From Flavobacteriales bacterium (GTDB lineage Bacteria; Bacteroidota; Bacteroidia; Flavobacteriales_D; Crocinitomicaceae): 48,822 nucleotides of DNA. Numbering within the stretch: position 1 is the first letter of the stretch; the number at the start of each line of letters is the position of its first letter. Below the pieces are notes generated by a model. It had not been told where the DNA came from. It did no database searches and saw only the letters and a program-made list of their open reading frames with translations. The position numbers and the translations under genes are program-made. Shown here piece after piece: positions 30,041 through 35,501 of the stretch. The stretch spans positions 1-48,822 of the forward strand of contig JBJTWL010000093.1 in NCBI GenBank assembly GCA_046081745.1, given 5' to 3'.

Positions 30041-31279
30041 CTATTCATCCGCCTGGAGTAATTTTAATAATAATTGTTCTGTTTCTTCTTGCATCGATTT
30101 ATAAAACACGCCGGTGGCTGGGCCGTCAAATCCCGAATTCACTTGTACAATGCGGCCTTTTTTGTCAAGGAAAATAGTGGTTGGAAAAGAAAAAACCCCA
30201 TTTAATTGATTAAATACAGCATGAGCGTCTTTGGTAGAAGCGCCACCCCCTAAATATAGCGGGTAGGTAAAGGCCATTTTCTTTTGATATTTCTTTAAGC
30301 GAACCAATCGGTCTTTATCTGAGTTTCCATTTTCAAACCCAACTCCAATAAAACGAATATCCTTATATGCTGTTTGCTTGCTCAATTCAATGAAATATTT
30401 GCTTTCATCCAAACAATTCGGACACCACGTTCCCATGAGTTGAATCACGCTTGGTTTTCCATAAAAGAAATCAGTATCTAGGCTCTTTTCTTTTCCCTTC
30501 TTGGTTTTTATGGCGATGTTTAATGCCGCCAAAGGTTCATTGGGCCAGCTTATTGCATTTGGGGGAGTTAGCTTAGCGTTTGGGTTTAGAACACCGGTCC
30601 AAGTTGCATGATATTTACTGCCTGAATAGAAGTTCCCACGTATTACGGTAGAGTCATCGGTATCCATTGCCACTTCAAATAAAAAGGCATGCACCCCATC
30701 AAAGCAACTCAGCTTCATTACCCCATTAAAAATCCCGCCAGATAAATATCGGTAATCGCCGGTTTCTGTTCGGAATGTTCCCTCTATGTTACTTCCTGTT
30801 TGTTTAAAAATACCAATGGCTTGAGCGTCACCCTCGGAATCTGTGAAAATCACGTCGTAGATTCCTTCGAATATCGGGACAGCGAGGTCAAGCGGTAAAT
30901 CAAAGCGGGGGTCTAATCCTTCAGCTACCGAATAAAAAAGGAATGGATATGAAGTGGGATTTGATTTATTTAAATTGATCCATCGTCCGTTTAAGGTTTG
31001 CTTGTGAAAGATGATTTTCCCAGCAATTTCAGGGAATTCCATAAAAATAGAATCGTGTTTTTCCACCAAAAATCGTAAATCAATCTGTTCTTCTCCGTTA
31101 TGGATCGTTAGGCGGGGGAGATTTCCGGCACTATATGTGACATCAAATGGGATTGATCTTCGATCGTTCAGTTGTAGCACAGCATGATACCGTTTATCCA
31201 TGTTGCTTTGCCCCCATACTTCTGTTAAGACCGCCCAAAAACTGAAAACAAACAAAATTAAAATATGTACCTTTCCCAT
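30041..31279 (-). CDS. secreted TlpA/thioredoxin-fold thiol:disulfide oxidoreductase with a roughly 260-aa N-terminal beta-rich extension
   Basis: C-terminal thioredoxin-like domain with MGTWCPNC. Start placed at the ATG at 31279 (MGKVHILILFVFSFWAVLTEVWGQ, signal-peptide-like). The track's TTG start at 31303 overlaps the predicted promoter box. Confidence 0.75.
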   Translation of the reverse strand: MGKVHILILFVFSFWAVLTEVWGQSNMDKRYHAVLQLNDRRSIPFDVTYSAGNLPRLTIHNGEEQIDLRFLVEKHDSIFMEFPEIAGKIIFHKQTLNGRWINLNKSNPTSYPFLFYSVAEGLDPRFDLPLDLAVPIFEGIYDVIFTDSEGDAQAIGIFKQTGSNIEGTFRTETGDYRYLSGGIFNGVMKLSCFDGVHAFLFEVAMDTDDSTVIRGNFYSGSKYHATWTGVLNPNAKLTPPNAISWPNEPLAALNIAIKTKKGKEKSLDTDFFYGKPSVIQLMGTWCPNCLDESKYFIELSKQTAYKDIRFIGVGFENGNSDKDRLVRLKKYQKKMAFTYPLYLGGGASTKDAHAVFNQLNGVFSFPTTIFLDKKGRIVQVNSGFDGPATGVFYKSMQEETEQLLLKLLQADE

Positions 31280-31300
31280 ATCTATGCAACCTTTTTTCTT

Positions 31301-31308
31301 CAAAAATA
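31301..31308 (-). promoter_or_regulatory. -7 box (TATTTTTG) for the fused TlpA-like gene
   Basis: Exact TAnnTTTG on the minus strand, 21 nt upstream of ATG 31279. Confidence 0.4.
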
Positions 31309-31319
31309 GTCAATAGTCA
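31306..31319. repeat. perfect tandem heptamer ATAGTCA x2 (TGACTAT x2 on the minus strand) in the divergent sigma/TlpA control region
   Basis: Read directly: atagtca (31306-31312) then atagtca (31313-31319). It abuts or overlaps the -7 box at 31301-31308 and lies 8 nt before the sigma-factor ATG. Confidence 0.6.
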
Positions 31320-31326
31320 CGAGCCC

Positions 31327-31851
31327 ATGGAAGATGTGTTACTTGTGCAAGAATGTTTGAAGGGTAAACCAAGGGCTCAAAAAGCGTTGTTTGACAAGTT
31401 TGCTCCTAAAATGTTGTCGGTTTGTGCTCGATATATGAAAGACCAAGCCGAAACAGAAGATGTGTTTCAAATCGGTATGGTAAAGGTGTTCAATAAACTC
31501 TCCGACTTTAAAGCGGAAGGACCACTTGAAGGTTGGATTCGAAGAATTATGGTTAATAGTTGCCTTGATCAACTTCGTAAGAATCAACGCTTCGTAAGCG
31601 ATAAGAACATCGATGATGTTTCTTTTCGTATTGAGGTAAAGGAAGAAATTTCTTCGCAATTAATGGCCGAGGATTTGATTTCGTTGATCCAAAAAATGCC
31701 CGCTGGATATCGTGTGGTTTTTAATTTATTCGCCATAGAAGGGTTTTCTCACCAAGAAATTGCCGAACAACTGAAGATTTCCGAAAGCACGTCTAAGTCA
31801 CAATATTTAAGAGCTAGAGCATACTTAAGACAACGTATAGATGAACGATAA
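31327..31851 (+). CDS. ECF-type (group IV) sigma-70 family RNA polymerase sigma factor
   Basis: 174 aa with region 2 (DVFQIGMVKVF...EGWIRRIMVNSCLDQLRK) and a region 4 HTH (GFSHQEIAEQLKISESTSKSQYLRARAYLRQ). Confidence 0.9.
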   Translation: MEDVLLVQECLKGKPRAQKALFDKFAPKMLSVCARYMKDQAETEDVFQIGMVKVFNKLSDFKAEGPLEGWIRRIMVNSCLDQLRKNQRFVSDKNIDDVSFRIEVKEEISSQLMAEDLISLIQKMPAGYRVVFNLFAIEGFSHQEIAEQLKISESTSKSQYLRARAYLRQRIDER

Positions 31852-32704
31852 TATGGAAAAAGAGACCTTTGAATCAATATTGAAAGAAAAACTTGGCAAC
31901 CATGAGTTGCCAGTGAATCCTTCCTTGTGGAAAAGTGTTTCTACACAAGCAGGCCTTTCATCTGGAAGTGCTGGACTAGGCATAGGTTCATGGATTGGAA
32001 TAGCAAGTATTGCGGTTGCAATTACGGTTGGTGTAGTTTATGTTGCTTCGCTCAACGAAACCCCCACAAGCGCTAATGCGGATAAAACAACCCAAGAACA
32101 AACACATAACGCCCGGGTTAATGCTAATTTTTCTAAGGAAGTAAGAAACGAGGAAAGCAGCAGCGAAAAGGCAAAAACTGGTACAACGGAATCGTTAATT
32201 CCTGGAAAGGATAGTTATAACGGTATTACAAAGGACACAGAGGATCAGCTCTTTAATACGAAGGAGGATCCCTTCCCGGAAGCGGCCAAAAATGAATCAT
32301 TGGATGCAATCGTTTCGGGCATCCAAGAACCAGTCATTACGCCGATCGCTAACGCTACATTAACTAATAATATTATCAATGCAACCGTATTAAATGCAGG
32401 GTCATCAACGGATGAACCCAGCGCTTCTCGATTAATAGTAATGCCTAACGCCATTACCCCTAACGGTGATGGAGTCAACGATGTACTTACCTTGAATACC
32501 GAAGGCTTGACCGATTTTAGTTTGGTGGTATTAGACGTGACAAATAAGGTGGTTTTTTCTTCGACGGATCCTAATTTCCTATGGAATGGTTTGTTCCAGA
32601 ACGGGGACCCTGCTCCTGCAGGTATATATCAGTATTATTTTACAGCTAACGATGAAAAGGGCGCTTGGTGTAATCGTTTTTCTTCATTAACCATCCTGCG
32701 TTAG
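31841..32704 (+). CDS. single-pass membrane protein, candidate anti-sigma factor, with C-terminal T9SS type-B (gliding motility-associated CHU_C) sorting domain
   Basis: 287 aa. About 45 aa of N-terminal cytoplasmic segment, a TM helix (IGSWIGIASIAVAITVGVVYVA), a low-complexity N/T/E/S-rich linker, and a C-terminal domain (MPNAITPNGDGVNDVL...FLWNGLFQNGDPAPAGIYQYYF...LTILR). The gene overlaps the sigma gene by 11 nt; an alternative ATG at 31853 is also possible. Confidence 0.7.
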   Translation: MNDNMEKETFESILKEKLGNHELPVNPSLWKSVSTQAGLSSGSAGLGIGSWIGIASIAVAITVGVVYVASLNETPTSANADKTTQEQTHNARVNANFSKEVRNEESSSEKAKTGTTESLIPGKDSYNGITKDTEDQLFNTKEDPFPEAAKNESLDAIVSGIQEPVITPIANATLTNNIINATVLNAGSSTDEPSASRLIVMPNAITPNGDGVNDVLTLNTEGLTDFSLVVLDVTNKVVFSSTDPNFLWNGLFQNGDPAPAGIYQYYFTANDEKGAWCNRFSSLTILR

Positions 32705-32729
32705 GGCTTTTTATTTCCTAGAATTATTG

Positions 32730-32737
32730 TATATTTG
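32730..32737 (+). promoter_or_regulatory. -7 box (TATATTTG) for tRNA-Leu(CAA)
   Basis: Exact TAnnTTTG on the plus strand, 15 nt upstream of the tRNA 5' end. Confidence 0.45.
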
Positions 32738-32752
32738 TCCCCTCATTATGAG

Positions 32753-32834
32753 GCCCCGGTGGCGGAACTGGTAGACGCGCTGGATTCAAAATCCTGTTCT
32801 TTCGGGAGTGCCGGTTCGATTCCGGCCCGGGGTA
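32753..32834 (+). tRNA. tRNA-Leu (anticodon CAA), class II
   Basis: GCCCCGGTGGCGGAACTGGTAGACGCGCTGGATTCAAAATCCTGTTCTTTCGGGAGTGCCGGTTCGATTCCGGCCCGGGGTA. Anticodon loop TTCAAAA, long variable arm, discriminator A. No encoded CCA. Confidence 0.9.
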
Positions 32835-32836
32835 CT

Positions 32837-32888
32837 AAACCAACGTTACAAGCCCATTTTTGAGCTTTTAATACGTTGGTTTTTTTAT
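32837..32888 (+). terminator. terminator-like hairpin after tRNA-Leu(CAA)
   Basis: 10-bp stem aaaccaacgt (32837-32846) / acgttggttt (32873-32882) followed by a T-run. The loop is unusually large (26 nt). Confidence 0.45.
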
Positions 32889-32948
32889 TTTATTCAGTCA
32901 TTGTAATTCACACATTTCCTTAATCAACGTTACAACCTGTTTTAATAT

Positions 32949-32956
32949 TACCTTTG
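32949..32956 (+). promoter_or_regulatory. -7 box (TACCTTTG) for hutI, only 6 nt before the ATG
   Basis: Exact TAnnTTTG on the plus strand. It overlaps the TTG (32954) used as the start in the ORF track. Confidence 0.4.
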
Positions 32957-32962
32957 ATTGTC

Positions 32963-34192
32963 ATGACTAAAAAGGTATACATTAATATTAAGGAATTGGT
33001 TCAAGTCAGGACCTTGCCTCCCTCTCCACTCACAGGAATTGAATTTCAACAAGTGCCGTCTATTTCGAATGCATTTTTGGTGCTTGAGGATAATTCTGTA
33101 CTTGATTTTGGAAGTATGGATTCGTTTAATATCGCAGCATATCACCCTCATGAAATAATGGATTTAACGGGGTGTTTTGTATTGCCTGCGTTTTGTGATT
33201 CTCATACACACACGGTGTTTGCAAGGCCCAGAGAAACAGAATTTGTTGATAAAATTAATGGATTGAGTTACCAAGAAATTGCAGCTAAAGGAGGTGGGAT
33301 TTTAAACAGTGCAAAACACGTACAACAAATGTCTGAGGAGGAATTGTTTGATATTTCTCTTCCAAGGGTTCATTCATTAATAGAAGGGGGTACAGGAGCG
33401 GTAGAAATCAAAAGTGGGTATGGACTCACGTTAGCGGATGAATTAAAAATGCTTAGGGTTATAAAACGAATAAAAGAACACGTAGATATCCCAATAAAAA
33501 CAACGTTTTTAGCAGCTCATGCGCTCCCAGAAAATTATAAGACCAACAAACCAGGATTCATTAAATTGATCGCAAATGAGTGGATTCCTGCTGTGATCTC
33601 GGAGGGCTTGGCTGATTACATTGATTTATTTTGTGAAACGGGTTACTTTGATGCCGCAGATGTTGAATTAATCGCTCAAGCGATTGAGGGAACGCCCCTT
33701 AAGCTGAAAGTTCATGTGAATCAATTTACCGCCATTGGAGGAGTTGAAGTTGCGGTAAAAAGGAAGGCGGTTTCTGTAGATCATCTGGAAGTGTTAGATT
33801 CCAAAGACCTCGAGGCTTTAAAATTAGGAGATACAATGGCTACCTTACTTCCGGCATGTTCGTTCTATTTGAACATCCCTTTTGCACCCGTGAGGGAGTT
33901 AATTAAGGAGGGAATACCTGTTGCTTTGGCCAGCGACTTCAATCCGGGATCCTCACCGACATCGAATTTGTTTTTTGTGTGGTCATTAGCGTGCATTAAA
34001 ATGAAATTAACGCCACATGAGGCCTTAAATGCATTGACCATAAACGCAGCGTTTGCAATGGGATTGGAGAAAACTCACGGGGCTATTTTTAAAGGATATG
34101 CAGGGAAGTTAATTATTACAAAACCAGCTTCGTCTTTAGCTTATTTCCCATATGCATTTGCCAGCAATCACATACGTAATTTGATAAATTAA
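32963..34192 (+). CDS. hutI: imidazolonepropionase (histidine utilisation)
   Basis: Amidohydrolase metal ligands in HutI-typical context: FCDSHTHTVFA, KVHVNQF, VSVDHLE, ALASDFNPGSSP. Start placed at ATG 32963 (MTKKVYINIKE). Confidence 0.85.
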   Translation: MTKKVYINIKELVQVRTLPPSPLTGIEFQQVPSISNAFLVLEDNSVLDFGSMDSFNIAAYHPHEIMDLTGCFVLPAFCDSHTHTVFARPRETEFVDKINGLSYQEIAAKGGGILNSAKHVQQMSEEELFDISLPRVHSLIEGGTGAVEIKSGYGLTLADELKMLRVIKRIKEHVDIPIKTTFLAAHALPENYKTNKPGFIKLIANEWIPAVISEGLADYIDLFCETGYFDAADVELIAQAIEGTPLKLKVHVNQFTAIGGVEVAVKRKAVSVDHLEVLDSKDLEALKLGDTMATLLPACSFYLNIPFAPVRELIKEGIPVALASDFNPGSSPTSNLFFVWSLACIKMKLTPHEALNALTINAAFAMGLEKTHGAIFKGYAGKLIITKPASSLAYFPYAFASNHIRNLIN

Positions 34193-34195
34193 TCA

Positions 34196-35413
34196 ATGAA
34201 GTACTTTCATACTATACTTGTTCTTTGGATTACCCTATCGCTTTGTTCACAAACATATAATGTTAAAGGGAATTTACTGTGGGAAATTAGAACGCCACAG
34301 GGTACTTCATATTTATTTGGCACCTTACACTCAAATGATAAACGGCTTTTTGATTTTCCAGATTCTGTTTATGCTTCGTTTTTAAGTTGTAATAAATTAG
34401 CGGTTGAGGTAAACGTATTTGATTTATTCATGGATAAAGATCCCATACCGAATAGGTCCTTGTTGTTGCTCGATAAACGGGGTAAACTTTATACAGCCAA
34501 TGACGACCCAACAACAACGTACTACGGCAACGAAGACGGAATGCCTCAGTTTATGGATGCTTGGTTTCAAGAAAAGGCAGAACTTCTGAATAAAGAAGTA
34601 ATAGCTTTAGAATCTTTGGCGCAACAAACCAAAGCAATAGAAGAAATACCCTACGTTGAAAAAGAAAAAAATAGTTCCTGGATGCGCCCCGACAACCAGG
34701 TGTTGCATGATCTTTATTTAGACGGACGTATAGACCTCATTGATCGATTAATAAAAGGGGGGTTGTCAAGCAACAAAGAAGCCTATATTAAACTCATCGA
34801 AAACAGAAATATCGCTATGGCTGAGAACATTGCGCACCACCTTATGGCGGGGCCTGTGTTTTTTGCGGTGGGTGCTGGGCACCTTTATGGAGAGAAGGGC
34901 TTATTAAGCCTTTTGCGCGATAAAGGGTTTAAATTAAGGGCAATTAAGCTTACGAAAGGGGATAAGCCCTCGGTGGCAGAGCAAAAGCTAAAATCAATAA
35001 GGTCCTATGAATTTTCTCGCGAACTTAAAAACACAATGCTTAAATTTTCAGTCCCAGGCCTCCCAAGAGAAACACGAAGTGAAATGGAAGATGAAACGGT
35101 TTTGATTTACAAAGAATTAGGGCAGGGAAACACGTATGAAGTACGATATTTTGAGCGAGACACCAGTCTTTCCTTATTGGAGTATTCTGAGATTTTAATC
35201 GCTAGTCCAATGCAAAGCCCCTATGTTTTTGGAATTCTGGACGACGGCACCGAATTTACTCAAGGCTTAAGTGACGCATATCCCGATGGATTAAAATGGA
35301 CGCGGATTTTAGTGAACGAAACCTTTGTATTAATTGCAAGCTGCTCCGGAGGAAATAAGTTTATGAACTCGGATCGTCCACGTAGGTTCTTTAACAACAT
35401 ACTTCTTGAATAA
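34196..35413 (+). CDS. TraB/GumN-family protein with about 140-aa C-terminal extension, secreted or lipoprotein
   Basis: 405 aa with signal-like N-terminus MKYFHTILVLWITLSLCSQ and family motifs LLWEI...YLFGTLH and FFAVGAGHL. The start is 3 nt after the hutI stop. Confidence 0.7.
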   Translation: MKYFHTILVLWITLSLCSQTYNVKGNLLWEIRTPQGTSYLFGTLHSNDKRLFDFPDSVYASFLSCNKLAVEVNVFDLFMDKDPIPNRSLLLLDKRGKLYTANDDPTTTYYGNEDGMPQFMDAWFQEKAELLNKEVIALESLAQQTKAIEEIPYVEKEKNSSWMRPDNQVLHDLYLDGRIDLIDRLIKGGLSSNKEAYIKLIENRNIAMAENIAHHLMAGPVFFAVGAGHLYGEKGLLSLLRDKGFKLRAIKLTKGDKPSVAEQKLKSIRSYEFSRELKNTMLKFSVPGLPRETRSEMEDETVLIYKELGQGNTYEVRYFERDTSLSLLEYSEILIASPMQSPYVFGILDDGTEFTQGLSDAYPDGLKWTRILVNETFVLIASCSGGNKFMNSDRPRRFFNNILLE

Positions 35414-35501
35414 TTACAAACAAACGGGCGACCGTTATGCAGATTTAATAATTCCGTCCCGTGTAAATAAATGTTAATAGGGGGCTACTACAGAATTTAA
35501 T

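Noticed and set aside
35423-35436. A possible terminator hairpin after the GumN-family gene (aacgg-gcga-ccgtt).
   Set aside because: It has only a 5-bp stem and no U-tract, which is too weak to call.
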